In this document: piece by piece, positions 52,254 to 62,787 of the stretch
Layout of the letters: every line of letters begins with the position of its first letter
Position numbering within the stretch: position 1 is the stretch's first letter
Assembly (NCBI GenBank): GCA_025453495.1
Contig: JALOQM010000001.1
Coordinates: forward strand, 15,664-79,663
DNA from: Minisyncoccota bacterium
GTDB lineage: Bacteria; Patescibacteriota; Minisyncoccia; Phycocordibacterales; UBA9973
Direction: 5' to 3'
Length of the DNA: 64,000 bases
Notes under the pieces: model-generated
What the model was told of the DNA's origin: nothing
Database searches by the model: none
Seen by the model: only the letters and a program-made list of their open reading frames with translations
Program-made: the position numbers and the translations under genes

Positions 52254-52724
52254 ATGCTAAACGAATTCACAGCAAAAAAATTAGGGGAAGTAATTGCCTT
52301 CTCTCGTGTGGGTAAAGAAACGTTTGAAAGAGGACGAAGCGCGATGACTCGTGTCTTTGGCTCAGATGAAACTGAACGTCTCATTGAGGAAAACAATACG
52401 CTTGCAGAACGGATAACTATCATCGCCGAAGAATCAGGAGTAAATGACACAGTCCAATCCAAAGCGACTGCCACAAGTGAGAAACTCCGTGCTATGCGTG
52501 ATCTATACGTCGGCGATCAGTGGGATAATGAAACGGAACTTATGGAGTGGTCAGGATTCTTTGAAGGAGCGGCGATCGTGCATTTCGCACTTGTCCTCGG
52601 TGCGAGCGAAAAGGTAGACAATGCTGCCATTCGACATATCGCGCAAGACGGTATCGCACTACATCGCAAGATTCTCACCCACGCAGAGACGATGCTTCGA
52701 GAAAACGGAAAAGTGCGAGCATAG
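52254..52724 (+). CDS. Hypothetical protein
   Basis: 156-aa ORF followed by a terminator. Confidence 0.35.
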   Translation: MLNEFTAKKLGEVIAFSRVGKETFERGRSAMTRVFGSDETERLIEENNTLAERITIIAEESGVNDTVQSKATATSEKLRAMRDLYVGDQWDNETELMEWSGFFEGAAIVHFALVLGASEKVDNAAIRHIAQDGIALHRKILTHAETMLRENGKVRA

Positions 52725-52733
52725 GAACGCATA

Positions 52734-52762
52734 CAAAAAAACGCCATCATGGCGTTTTTTTG
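52734..52762. terminator. Bidirectional rho-independent terminator
   Basis: aacgccatcatggcgtt hairpin flanked by A7 and T7, between convergent genes. Confidence 0.55.
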
Positions 52763-52764
52763 TA

Positions 52765-54666
52765 TTACTTTTCTTCTTTCTTCTTTGGCATGATGCCATT
52801 TGCGATGATAATCTTTTCGTAATCGTCTTGTTCGAGTGTCTCTTTCTCGACAAGCGCGAGCGCAATCGCATCAAGCGCTCCGCGATATTTTGTCACGACA
52901 TCACGCGCGCGAGCGAATCCATCTTGCATGATCTTTGATACTTCAGCATCAATTTTTGCAGAGACCGCTTCAGAATATTCTTTGCCATCAATACCAGCGC
53001 CAAAGAGTGCACGGCCGCCCTCGCCTTCAAGTGCGACAGGACCAATCGTTTCTGACATACCCCAACGCGTCACCATTGAGCGTGCAAGTGATGTCGCTAC
53101 CTGGAGATCATTTGATGGACCGGTCGTGACATCACCAAAGAGCATTTCTTCTACGACATAGCCACCAAGTGATACTGCGATATCATCGAGAAATTCTTTT
53201 TTTGATTGCAATTTACGTTCTTCAATCGGAAGCTTGAGTGTATAGCCAAGTGCACGACCGCGAGAGATGATGGTGATTTTGTGTACTGGATCAGCGTATG
53301 GCAGTACTGATGCGACAAGCGCATGCCCTGCTTCATGATACGCAGTAATTTCTTTTTCTTTTTTTGAAAGAAGGTAGCTTTTGCGCTCAGGACCAAGTAG
53401 TACTTTTTCGATTGCACGAATGAGATCAAACTGTGACACTTTTTTGCGGTCCTCACGTGCAGCAAGGATTGCACCTTCATTCATAAGCGAATGAAGGTCC
53501 GCACCAGAGAAACCAGGAGTGCGCTCAGCGATTACTTTAAGATTTACATCCTCAGCAAATGGCTTCTTGCGAGAATGAATTTTCAAAATTTCTTCACGGT
53601 CTTCACGGTCTGGCAGATCAAGCACGACGCGTCGGTCAAAGCGACCGGGACGAAGAAGCGCAGGATCAAGTACATCCGGACGATTTGTTGCAGCCATAAC
53701 GATCACTTTTTCATTTGGCTCAAAGCCGTCCATTTCTACAAGTATTTGATTGAGTGTCTGCTCTCGTTCATCATTGCCACCACCAATACCAGTGCCACGT
53801 ACGCGTCCGACTGCGTCGATTTCATCTACAAAGATAATCGCAGGCGCGGCTTTTTTGGCAACTTTGAAAAGATCACGCACACGAGAAGCACCCACACCGA
53901 CAAACATTTCGACAAACTCAGAGCCAGATAAATGGAAAAAAGGGACTCCCGCTTCACCCGCCACTGCTCGTGCAAGAAGTGTCTTTCCGGTACCTGGGGC
54001 ACCAGTGAGAATGACGCCTTTAGGAATACGTGCGCCAATATCGAGAAACTTTTTTGGATTGCGGAGGAAATCGACAATTTCTTTGAGTTCTTCTTTTGCT
54101 TCTTTTGCACCAGCCACATCTTTGAAAAGAACGCGTTGATTTTTGTCGTCAGGAGATGTGACACGCGCTTGTGTCTGTCCAAACGAAAGTGCTTGCATAC
54201 CCGCACCTTTTACTTGGCGTGAAATCATCCAAAAGAAAAAGAGTATAAAGAGCACTGGTAATGCAAATGGGAGAATATTTGCAACCCAAAACATGAAACC
54301 ACTCTGATTTTTGACACTAATTGTCACTGCAGCTAACTTCTCTTTTGAGAGACCATAATTGGCAAGTGTTTCGGTAAGTGCTGCTTCACTTTCTTTGAGT
54401 GCAGTCTCCTTAGTGTCATCAGAGCGTATAATAGAAAGCTTATTACCAGAAACCTCAATACTTTTGATTGCTCCAGCATCAATACTCTGCGCAAGATTTG
54501 AGAGAGACACCTCAACAGGTGTATCTTCTTTGCCCGAGAGAAGTGAATATGCCACCGTCAGGAGCAATAAGACAAAAATGGTGCCAAAAATGTTTTTTGA
54601 AAAGTCGAATTTCGGATTCTTTTCTTTTCCTTTTTTTTGTTGATTGTTCTGTGTAAATAGTTTCAT
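52765..54666 (-). CDS. ftsH: ATP-dependent zinc metalloprotease FtsH
   Basis: AAA+ Walker [22 protein letters not shown] region and HEAGHA zinc motif; N-terminal TM anchor. Confidence 0.95.
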   Translation of the reverse strand: MKLFTQNNQQKKGKEKNPKFDFSKNIFGTIFVLLLLTVAYSLLSGKEDTPVEVSLSNLAQSIDAGAIKSIEVSGNKLSIIRSDDTKETALKESEAALTETLANYGLSKEKLAAVTISVKNQSGFMFWVANILPFALPVLFILFFFWMISRQVKGAGMQALSFGQTQARVTSPDDKNQRVLFKDVAGAKEAKEELKEIVDFLRNPKKFLDIGARIPKGVILTGAPGTGKTLLARAVAGEAGVPFFHLSGSEFVEMFVGVGASRVRDLFKVAKKAAPAIIFVDEIDAVGRVRGTGIGGGNDEREQTLNQILVEMDGFEPNEKVIVMAATNRPDVLDPALLRPGRFDRRVVLDLPDREDREEILKIHSRKKPFAEDVNLKVIAERTPGFSGADLHSLMNEGAILAAREDRKKVSQFDLIRAIEKVLLGPERKSYLLSKKEKEITAYHEAGHALVASVLPYADPVHKITIISRGRALGYTLKLPIEERKLQSKKEFLDDIAVSLGGYVVEEMLFGDVTTGPSNDLQVATSLARSMVTRWGMSETIGPVALEGEGGRALFGAGIDGKEYSEAVSAKIDAEVSKIMQDGFARARDVVTKYRGALDAIALALVEKETLEQDDYEKIIIANGIMPKKKEEK

Positions 54667-54759
54667 AAGATTATTTTATCCTCTGATTATATATCAAATA
54701 GAGTAAAACAAGAAAGAAAAGCCTTCAGCATGCACTAACGGAAGTGTTACAATCAGTAC

Positions 54760-55206
54760 ATGGCGACTTTTGCAGAAAACAGAAAGGCGGGATTTAACTA
54801 CGAGACACTTGAGACGATGGATGCAGGCATCGAGCTTCTGGGCTTTGAGGTCAAGTCAGTGAAAAAAGGTCAGTGCTCACTTGAAGGTGCGTATAGTATC
54901 GTTCGCGGTGGTGAAGCATATATCATCGGTATGCATATTTCTCCGTATCAAGGTGCTAATACACCAAAAGAGTACGACCCACTACGCACCCGCAAACTCC
55001 TACTCACAAAAAAAGAAATCAATGAGCTTGCGGACAAAGAAGCCGTTAAAGGTTTGACTATAGTACCTTTATCGTTGTACAATAAAGGTCGCCGAATAAA
55101 AGTCTCTATCGGTATCGCGCGTGGCAAAAAGCGCTTCGATAAGCGCGAAACGATCAAGAAGCGCGAGACCGAACGCGAAATACGGCGCACGTTGAAAAAC
55201 GAATAA
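54760..55206 (+). CDS. smpB: SsrA-binding protein
   Basis: Full SmpB homology including the basic C-terminal tail. Confidence 0.9.
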   Translation: MATFAENRKAGFNYETLETMDAGIELLGFEVKSVKKGQCSLEGAYSIVRGGEAYIIGMHISPYQGANTPKEYDPLRTRKLLLTKKEINELADKEAVKGLTIVPLSLYNKGRRIKVSIGIARGKKRFDKRETIKKRETEREIRRTLKNE

Positions 55207-55209
55207 CAT

Positions 55210-55592
55210 GGGGCTGATCGGCCTAGACAAGAGGACGATCGCTTGCCGTGCATGCCGAGTATGCGAAAATCTCGCTAAACTTTTCGCGGACGACCAAGTG
55301 CAAACAAAGTCGCTTCAGTAAAGTCACCGTACGCAAGTGCGTTTGGCTTTGCTCCAGCTCTCGCCTAACGGCCGGCTGGTGTCTTCCCTTCTTTTTCCGA
55401 CACGGAGGGCAAGGCAATATATTGTCGGGATAAGGAAAAAGGAGCGTCCGGCCTCTTTCACGAAAAATTAGGAATCGGCGCTCGCGGATTTTGCCCGTCT
55501 CATACCGCGCGTGCTTAAACAAAAAGACCGGCTACGCATGTAGATTCGACACGCATCACCTTTTGCACGCGGGTTCGATTCCCGCCAGCTCC
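55210..55592 (+). ncRNA. ssrA: Transfer-messenger RNA (tmRNA)
   Basis: 5' GGGGCTGATCGGCC... and 3' ...GACACGCATCACC...GCGGGTTCGATTCCCGCCAGCTCCA(C)A form a tRNA-Ala-like domain with G3:U70 potential. It lies immediately 3' of smpB. The internal frame ends ...FAPALA-stop, a plausible tag peptide. Confidence 0.85.
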
Positions 55593-55704
55593 ACAAAAAC
55601 TTGACGAATACCTCAAGTATGGTATTTTTATATCGTTAATTCACGTCTTAACCATTCACCGTGGACAGGGCGATGAATCGCTCTTTCCATATAAAAACAC
55701 GACA

Positions 55705-56073
55705 ATGAAAAACTTCATCAAGAAGTGTCTATATTGCTTCTATTGCTTTGCCGGATTTATTCATCTTGCAATAGCCATCGGTCCAGTATGTATGCTTCTC
55801 TACATCAATCGCGATGTAATCAACTACGTCATCAGTCCTCTTGCAACGCTCGTTCTTGCCCTTGCAGGCACGCTTAGTGCGATCTTTGCCGGAAAAATTC
55901 CCGCAATGCTTTCAATCACAGGCATTATCCTGTTCTGTGCTTCATGGTTCACTATTGAACCACTTGGAGTATGGGCCGCGCAAATGATCTGGTTTGTAGG
56001 CATTGGACTTTGGTTTTCTGCTCTTTATTTTGCCTTTACAATTAAGCACAAAGGGCAGACAAAGACAGCTTAG
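55705..56073 (+). CDS. Small hypothetical membrane protein
   Basis: 122 aa with three or four TM helices. Confidence 0.35.
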   Translation: MKNFIKKCLYCFYCFAGFIHLAIAIGPVCMLLYINRDVINYVISPLATLVLALAGTLSAIFAGKIPAMLSITGIILFCASWFTIEPLGVWAAQMIWFVGIGLWFSALYFAFTIKHKGQTKTA

Positions 56074-56136
56074 ATGAAATAGGTTAATTCCCGAAGAGTC
56101 TCAGAAATGGGACTCTTTTATTTTTTTGAAGAAACC

Positions 56137-56350
56137 TCGGTTCTAATCTGATTCACTAACTTCCACTAGTTATAACGAAGCCCGCTTTGTGTGGTTTTTG
56201 TTATAACTTGTTGGAAATAGTTGGGGAATCGAAAGACAGAACGCACGAAGCAAGGCGAAGTTTGGCAAAGCCAGGCGTGAGGCGGGGTTGAGAGTACTTG
56301 TGATTTTGTAATGCTTCGATTCTAATCTGATTCACTAACTTCTACTGCTT
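56137..56350. repeat. Pair of ~30-bp direct repeats (ttctaatctgattcactaacttc[c/t]act) separated by ~179 bp
   Basis: Copies at ~56141-56167 and ~56320-56346, 26/27 identical with partly conserved flanks. The intervening sequence has two gttataac motifs. Confidence 0.5.
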
Positions 56351-56382
56351 CGCCACGGGTTCAAATTAGCACTGTATAAAAT

Positions 56383-56416
56383 AAAAAACCGCTTCACATC
56401 TGAAGCGGTTTTTTAT
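56383..56416. terminator. Bidirectional rho-independent terminator
   Basis: accgcttca-catc-tgaagcggt hairpin flanked by A6 and T6. Confidence 0.55.
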
Positions 56417-56420
56417 AACT

Positions 56421-57884
56421 CTATTTACATGATAACTCGTTTATCTTTTTCAGCGTCATTTCTCCGACGAATCCAGTCGAAGTAGTAAGCCCGATCGGCG
56501 CAAGGATGTCTGAAGCGTATTTCCGCTGGAAATCTATAACTGCTTGAAGGGTGAATTCACCAAAGAATGTTGTGACTTCAGGATAGGTAAAGAAATTTTG
56601 CGCCTTGAGAAATGTTTGCAGTGTTCTCACTGATTCCTTGCGATCACCGAAACGGAGCATCTCAGTAAGGTATGGAGTACAAACACCAGAGACTTTCGGC
56701 AAAGTGCCATCAAATGATGCTGGCCGTTCAGAAATATTGGGATTAAATCCTCCCCCAGCAGCGCCAGCACTACCTGTACTACTACTTGCTGTAGGAACAG
56801 TAATTGTAAATGCTGTCACAGGAAGAGTGTTGGAAGCATTGCCCGCACGATCACTGACAACAATGGTACAGTTTGTATATGCACCACCTGTAAGTGCTGA
56901 AAAGGTAATAGTATTTACTCCAGACGTTGCACTTGTAGTGATAGAGGAACATGCGCCGCCATAGGCGATAGTACCAGCCTCATTAGTTGTAAAGGTATAT
57001 GCTGGAGTGGTGTTAGTTGTCGGTGTCATCACAGGAGTGACTTCAGAAATAGTCGGAACTGTTTTGTCGAAGGTAACTGTTGATGTATCAGAAACAGTAG
57101 TAATAGTCGAAGAAGCGTTCCCCGCAAGATCAACTACTTCAAACTCAAAACCAACCAGTCCTTCGACATCAGAACTGTCAGTAATATAGCTAAATTTCCA
57201 AGTATTTCCAGAGACAAATTCTATTAGCGCGCCATCATTAAATACAGGATTTGAACCTGAAGAATAAAATGTATACGAAGCAGACGGATCAATATCTTCA
57301 CTTGCATTAAATGTGACAGTCACGATATCACCAACCTTTGCATATATAGGATTCGTCCCACTTCCTGCTATGGAAACATCCGATATAGTAGGACTCTGAC
57401 TGTCTTCTATTTCTATCGAGTCTCCATTTGAGATAACAACATTTGTATTAGAAAGAGTATCTATAATACCTGACGCGTCAATGTATAATCCACGTGAAGC
57501 ATCATATGCTGTATCAGTTGCCGCAAATGGGGTACCAGCAAAAGTAAGTCTGAAACGTGCTGCGTTACTAAAAGCTGCCTGGATGATACTGGCACTTGTC
57601 GGTGTGAGTGGTGAAATGCCACCAGTATTTACATCAATGTGAAATTTGCTCGGGTCAACGGTGACTATATTTTGACCAGGAACACCGCTTACTATCACCT
57701 CTAATTGATTTGGAGAGACTATCCTTGCTTTTATTACAGTAATATTTGCTACAGCAGATGCTGTATTGGCAAAAAAACCAAAAGATAAAATAAATAGTCC
57801 TACAAAAAGAAAACTGCTAATAAAAAGTTTTATTTTTCTCATATATTGAAGAATAACAAAAAAAATGCCTAACTCAAAAATCAA
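56421..57884 (-). CDS. Secreted repeat protein with C-terminal peptidoglycan-binding (PGBD1-like) domain
   Basis: Signal peptide at the second Met (MRKIKLFISSFLFVGLFILSFGFFANTASA). Thr/Ser-rich beta-repeat body. The C-terminal LQTFLKAQNFFTYPEVTTFFGEFTLQAVIDFQRKY matches the PG_binding_1 pattern. Confidence 0.5.
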   Translation of the reverse strand: MIFELGIFFVILQYMRKIKLFISSFLFVGLFILSFGFFANTASAVANITVIKARIVSPNQLEVIVSGVPGQNIVTVDPSKFHIDVNTGGISPLTPTSASIIQAAFSNAARFRLTFAGTPFAATDTAYDASRGLYIDASGIIDTLSNTNVVISNGDSIEIEDSQSPTISDVSIAGSGTNPIYAKVGDIVTVTFNASEDIDPSASYTFYSSGSNPVFNDGALIEFVSGNTWKFSYITDSSDVEGLVGFEFEVVDLAGNASSTITTVSDTSTVTFDKTVPTISEVTPVMTPTTNTTPAYTFTTNEAGTIAYGGACSSITTSATSGVNTITFSALTGGAYTNCTIVVSDRAGNASNTLPVTAFTITVPTASSSTGSAGAAGGGFNPNISERPASFDGTLPKVSGVCTPYLTEMLRFGDRKESVRTLQTFLKAQNFFTYPEVTTFFGEFTLQAVIDFQRKYASDILAPIGLTTSTGFVGEMTLKKINELSCK

Positions 57885-57920
57885 ATAAAAAGTCTCATAT
57901 CCATGGTTTAAGTACGCTCA

Positions 57921-59048
57921 CTACCGGCACAGTGCGTCAATACCAGGAAGAGATCCATCAGAAAGAAAATCTATCGTCGCACCGCCACCTGTCGAGACAA
58001 ATGACAATCTATTTTCAATCTTGAGCTTCTCAACAAGTGCCACTGTATCACCGCCACCGACAATTGTTCGTGCGCGACTTTGAGCAAGCATGCTCAATAT
58101 ATCTTCTGTTGCCACCCCGAAACCTTCTTCATAATTACCCATTGGACCATTCCAAAGCACCATCTTTGCACGAGCAATAAAAAGTTCGATAAGCGTGACT
58201 GACATCGGACCAATGTCAACAATGGTGTCTTGCTTTGTTACTTCTTCTGGAAGTTTTACTCTATGAGTGCGACCTGTTTTTACGATGACATCAACCGGGA
58301 GAAAGAGATTGTCAGCTCGCGTGAGTTTTTTCAAGCCAAATAGTTTTGTATCAACAAGAGAGCGACCAACTTCATATCCAGTTTCTTTAAAAAAGTTGTT
58401 TGCAAGTGCACCACCGACAAAAACAAAATCTGCTTTCTTTAGAAATTTCTTGATCAATGGAATCTTTGTTTCAAATTTTGCACCACCAAGCAAAAAGAGA
58501 AATGGTTGTTTTGGTGCGTGCATAACACGTGAGAGCTCGGTGATTTCACGAAGTAATTGGAATCCAGCATATGACGGAAGCAGCTTTGCTACACCCACCA
58601 CAGATGCATGCGCACGATGGCAGACTGGAAATGCATCATTGACATAGATATCGGCAAGCGAAGCAAGTGCACGAGAAAATGTGAGATCATTTTTTGTCTC
58701 ACCTGCATGCTCGCGGAGATTCTCAAGTAGGAGCACCTCACCATTTTTCATCTTGCTACACTGTGCAAGTACTTTTTCACCCACAACCTCTCTCACAAAT
58801 ATATGAGCGATATAGGTCTTTAATTTCTTTGACACAAGCGAAAGACTTTCTCCCTTATCTCCAAGATGACTAATGAGAATTATTTTTGCGCCTTTCTTTT
58901 TTAGATATTCTATTGTGGGTAGTGCTTTTTTGATACGGAAATCATCAAGAATTTTGCCTTTCTTGATCGATACATTGAAATCCACACGGACAAGGATTCT
59001 CTTGCCACGAATGTTTTTGAGCTCGGTAATTTTTTTAAACTGTTTCAT
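57921..59048 (-). CDS. pgk: Phosphoglycerate kinase
   Basis: PGK homology across both domains (RVDFNV..., GGGA). Confidence 0.9.
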   Translation of the reverse strand: MKQFKKITELKNIRGKRILVRVDFNVSIKKGKILDDFRIKKALPTIEYLKKKGAKIILISHLGDKGESLSLVSKKLKTYIAHIFVREVVGEKVLAQCSKMKNGEVLLLENLREHAGETKNDLTFSRALASLADIYVNDAFPVCHRAHASVVGVAKLLPSYAGFQLLREITELSRVMHAPKQPFLFLLGGAKFETKIPLIKKFLKKADFVFVGGALANNFFKETGYEVGRSLVDTKLFGLKKLTRADNLFLPVDVIVKTGRTHRVKLPEEVTKQDTIVDIGPMSVTLIELFIARAKMVLWNGPMGNYEEGFGVATEDILSMLAQSRARTIVGGGDTVALVEKLKIENRLSFVSTGGGATIDFLSDGSLPGIDALCR

Positions 59049-59073
59049 TGGTAAAGCTAATAACTACTACCTC

Positions 59074-59832
59074 TTACGAAAGATGCTCTGCGCTATAGAC
59101 AATCTGGATAAATTTCAACGGAGTGAGACTCTCACGTCCGACAAGTACGCCATCTACACCACCATCAGAGAGAAATGCTTCGGCATTTTTTGTATTTACA
59201 GACCCACCATAAATGAGTGCAACAGTTTTTGTTGCAACAGCACCAAACATATCTGAAAGTACTTTTTTGATGAAAATACTCATCTCAAGTGACTCAGCTG
59301 GCGTCGCCTCTCGTTTTGCATTCTTGCCTATTGCCCAGACTGGCTCATACGCAATTATAACGTTCTTTAAATTTACTTTCTTGAGACCTGCAAGCGATTG
59401 CATAATTTGTTCCTTGATAAAAGTATGATAGTCGCCTTTTTCGTCACGTACGGATTCTCCTATGCAAAGAATTGGTTTCAAACCAGCCTTGAGTGCTGCT
59501 TTAACCTTTTTGTTTACCATTTCATTTGTCTCACCCATCGCGCGGCGCTCGGAGTGTCCAACTATGACATATGTTGCTCCTGATTTTGCAAGCATTGTAC
59601 CCGAATGCTCACCGGTATAGGCTCCACTTTCTTCCCAAAAGAGATTCTGTCCGGCAAGGGTAGTATTTTGTAATTTTGCCAATGATTCAAGATATATAAC
59701 CGGCGGCGCGATGATAACGGACACTTTCTTGAAGTGTGAGACCTTCGTTGTGATTGCGGTAACGATCTTTTTTGCCTCAGTCAACGACTGGGGATTCATT
59801 TTCCAATTTGCGATGATTACTTTCTTAGTCAT
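59074..59832 (-). CDS. tpiA: Triosephosphate isomerase (start set at MTKKVIIANWKMN)
   Basis: ANWKMN, catalytic HSERR and YGGS motifs. Confidence 0.9.
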   Translation of the reverse strand: MTKKVIIANWKMNPQSLTEAKKIVTAITTKVSHFKKVSVIIAPPVIYLESLAKLQNTTLAGQNLFWEESGAYTGEHSGTMLAKSGATYVIVGHSERRAMGETNEMVNKKVKAALKAGLKPILCIGESVRDEKGDYHTFIKEQIMQSLAGLKKVNLKNVIIAYEPVWAIGKNAKREATPAESLEMSIFIKKVLSDMFGAVATKTVALIYGGSVNTKNAEAFLSDGGVDGVLVGRESLTPLKFIQIVYSAEHLS

Positions 59833-60022
59833 GAATGTATTGTATGTCGAAACAGCACGAGACGCTAGAAGCTCTTGGCATATGCCTCTGCAACGGTAAG
59901 ACATATTGCGGCTAAGTGTGTTGGAAGTGTTGTACAAAAAGTACGCGCTTCGTCTAGTCCATGGAAGTATGAAATGAAATCCTTCACCGCCCCATTCACA
60001 CAATTTACCTGCTGTTCTTCAT

Positions 60023-60937
60023 TTATGCCAAGCAAGCATCGTGCTTTTGTAATTTCAGGATCACTTGAATTCTACCAGACGCATCGCGACCAAGACTCTG
60101 ATAGCAAGTTTGCCGATATCCATCACCAACAGTCGAGCAGAGACTAAATACTTTTGCATAATCATTGCCTGTCACTTTGAGCATGTATGAGGTCTGCATG
60201 AGGAAACAATCTGTTTTGTAGGTATCTGGGACCGCATTGCATGGATAGATTGGATCTTTGGGATCAAGATACGTAGTAGCGTGATTGTTGTTGTCGACAA
60301 TGAGATTTTCCATGAAGACACCACCATAACAAGAACGCTTCTCCCATATTCCCTCGAGACGGTCACAGAGCGTAAGTGCGTCAAAAAGTTCATGATTGGT
60401 ATATGCCATAAGTCCATGTCCTAATCCGTGTATACAGTTGAAGTAATCAAAACTATAGCGCTCCTTGCCAGGAATATCAGCACAGATTGTGTTGAGTTGA
60501 TTTGGAACCTCTGCACGCCCCATCTTGGCGATAATACCTTCAAGTGCACCGTGATAATACCCTGACCAACAAAAACTATCACCATACGTATAGGCTTCAG
60601 AGAGCGTCGGATATTTCTCTATAGCCACACGACCGATCACATGCGTGATTGGATGACAGTTCTCTTTAACGTATGTGTTTGTATTGTAGCGAGCACGCAA
60701 ATCAGCAAATGCATCAGCTACACCACGCTCTCGGACAAGTGTAGAGTAATACGCCTCATAGCACTCAAAATCTTCTGAGAGGAATCTTCTGCAAGAAAAA
60801 GCTGAGCCGCCTTCAGTGTAAGAATGCTTAAACACAAATTTCCGAGCTACGTAGGTATAATAAAAAAAGCTTACAATCAACAAAAACAGAGCGCTTATGA
60901 AAAGTACTTTTTGTGTTTTTGATAGCTTCACACACAA
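60023..60937 (-). CDS. Membrane-anchored Cys/aromatic-rich hypothetical protein
   Basis: N-terminal TM helix; many Cys, Tyr and His; no recognisable domain. Confidence 0.3.
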   Translation of the reverse strand: MCVKLSKTQKVLFISALFLLIVSFFYYTYVARKFVFKHSYTEGGSAFSCRRFLSEDFECYEAYYSTLVRERGVADAFADLRARYNTNTYVKENCHPITHVIGRVAIEKYPTLSEAYTYGDSFCWSGYYHGALEGIIAKMGRAEVPNQLNTICADIPGKERYSFDYFNCIHGLGHGLMAYTNHELFDALTLCDRLEGIWEKRSCYGGVFMENLIVDNNNHATTYLDPKDPIYPCNAVPDTYKTDCFLMQTSYMLKVTGNDYAKVFSLCSTVGDGYRQTCYQSLGRDASGRIQVILKLQKHDACLA

Positions 60938-61024
60938 AACTATAACGCGATAAAATACTAATCGATGAGCAAAAATACATACACCCCCTGTCGATAATCA
61001 AACAGGGGGTGTTATAGCATATAC

Positions 61025-62671
61025 TCAATGGATAAAAATTTGTGTTGTACTCAAAGTACCATCTTCACAAACAACAATAAGGCAATACGCTCCAGAAGGT
61101 AGATCTCTACGATCAAGTGTCACAGTACCGTCTACTTGAGAGGTGATATGTCTCACTTCTCTACCATAGATATCGACAAGGGTAAGTGTAGTGAAATTTC
61201 CCAGAAGCTCTATATGGCACTCTGTGAAAAAAGGATTTGGATACACTTGGACGGGCGATACTCTAACATAAGAAGTAACTCCAGAAGATAGTAGTGAACA
61301 TTTTGCTTCATATGCGTCTGTTTGGCCATACGTAGAGACAGTACAAGAACCAAAATACGTGGGCACTGATGAAGAAATACCTCCGACATGATATGTCCCA
61401 TTTGAATCTACAGAAACACCACAAAGCCAATCTTCATCTATCCCACCTGTACTCATTGCAAAATATGGAGCACCGGTAGCATAAGCAAAAGAAGCAATAA
61501 ATCCGTCATACCAACCACTACTTCCGTATAGTTTTTGTCCAAACAAAAATTCTCGCTCAAAACCACCAACAACGATTGGATTTTGTGTATTTTCAAGCGC
61601 TATATCATAGGCTACCGAATTACCTTGCGGCACACTACCAAGAGCCGTTGCCCATAGACAATTACCACTACTATCATACGATGCTACAAAAGCATCTGCT
61701 GTTGATGCTGTAGAAAGTGTATTTGAGCCAAATACTGCAGTTCCAGAAAAATATCCAGCTATAAACATTCTTCCCGAATCAGAAATTACTACGCCACGGG
61801 CGGCATCACCAAAGCTAGTTCCTCCTGCGGCTCGTGCCCACTCGCAATTACCAAGAAGATCATATCGAGCAAGAAATATATCTGTATAGCCGATACTTTG
61901 TATAGTCTCTGTACCGAAACGTGCAGTATCTATCTGTATTGCACCAAAATTGAAATACCCTGTGATTACAATACAGCGATCATACGGATCACATGCAATA
62001 CCGTAGGCAACATCATCATGCACGCTGCCTCCTGATGAGGCAAATAAGAGACTTCCAGACGTATCGTAGCCAGCAATACATACATCACGGCTACCAACTG
62101 AGACAAGAGATAGTGAATCAAGTTGCAGGGTATCATAATACCCTCCTGCAACATAGGCATTGCCAACTGCATCACAAGCAACAGAAAAGAACTGCTCATT
62201 TCCCGCTCCTGTACTCTGTTTTGCCCAAAATATAAATCCAGACGCATCAAGACGTACAAGCAAACTATTTTGCGTTGCTGTATCAACGTTTGTAAGTGGT
62301 ATCATAGCGCCACAAAAAAGTAAGGGTGAATCAAACCATCCTACGACATAGAGCGATCCATCTTCTGCTACCACCACATCACGAATCTCTTCTTCTCCAG
62401 AACCACTAAACACGCGAAGCCATGCTGCGTTTCCGAAAGGATCACGTTTCAAGACAAAAGCATCTTTCTCTCCCATCGAAATCACTTGTCCGAATCCAAA
62501 ATCAACGACACCGGTAAAAAAACCGGCAGTATAGGAATTTCCAAGAGTATCAATCGCAACCGAGAGACACGCATCGCCAGTTGCTCCGCCTGCTGTTTTT
62601 GCCCATTGGCATTGTTGTGCGTGGAGCACGGGTGTGCCATAGAGACAGAGTATTAAAAGAACTTTTTTCAT
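61025..62671 (-). CDS. Secreted SBBP beta-propeller repeat protein with T9SS-type C-terminal sorting domain
   Basis: Signal peptide MKKVLLILCLYGTPVLHAQQ and seven or more SBBP-like repeats. The C-terminal ~80 aa (VYPNPFFTECHIEL...LVDIYGREV...LDRRDLPSGAYCLIVV...TQIFIH) match the Por/T9SS CTD pattern. Confidence 0.55.
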   Translation of the reverse strand: MKKVLLILCLYGTPVLHAQQCQWAKTAGGATGDACLSVAIDTLGNSYTAGFFTGVVDFGFGQVISMGEKDAFVLKRDPFGNAAWLRVFSGSGEEEIRDVVVAEDGSLYVVGWFDSPLLFCGAMIPLTNVDTATQNSLLVRLDASGFIFWAKQSTGAGNEQFFSVACDAVGNAYVAGGYYDTLQLDSLSLVSVGSRDVCIAGYDTSGSLLFASSGGSVHDDVAYGIACDPYDRCIVITGYFNFGAIQIDTARFGTETIQSIGYTDIFLARYDLLGNCEWARAAGGTSFGDAARGVVISDSGRMFIAGYFSGTAVFGSNTLSTASTADAFVASYDSSGNCLWATALGSVPQGNSVAYDIALENTQNPIVVGGFEREFLFGQKLYGSSGWYDGFIASFAYATGAPYFAMSTGGIDEDWLCGVSVDSNGTYHVGGISSSVPTYFGSCTVSTYGQTDAYEAKCSLLSSGVTSYVRVSPVQVYPNPFFTECHIELLGNFTTLTLVDIYGREVRHITSQVDGTVTLDRRDLPSGAYCLIVVCEDGTLSTTQIFIH

Positions 62672-62787
62672 TGCTGTTCAGTTTAAGGTGAATAGTGTGA
62701 ATATGTATCTGAGAAAAAATATAACAAATACATACTCAAGAAAAAATAAAAGAACCCCATCCTGCGTCTGCAGAACGGGGTTCGGGT

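Noticed and set aside
56137-56350. CRISPR array
   Set aside because: Only two repeat copies with a 150-bp spacer, and no cas genes in the window.
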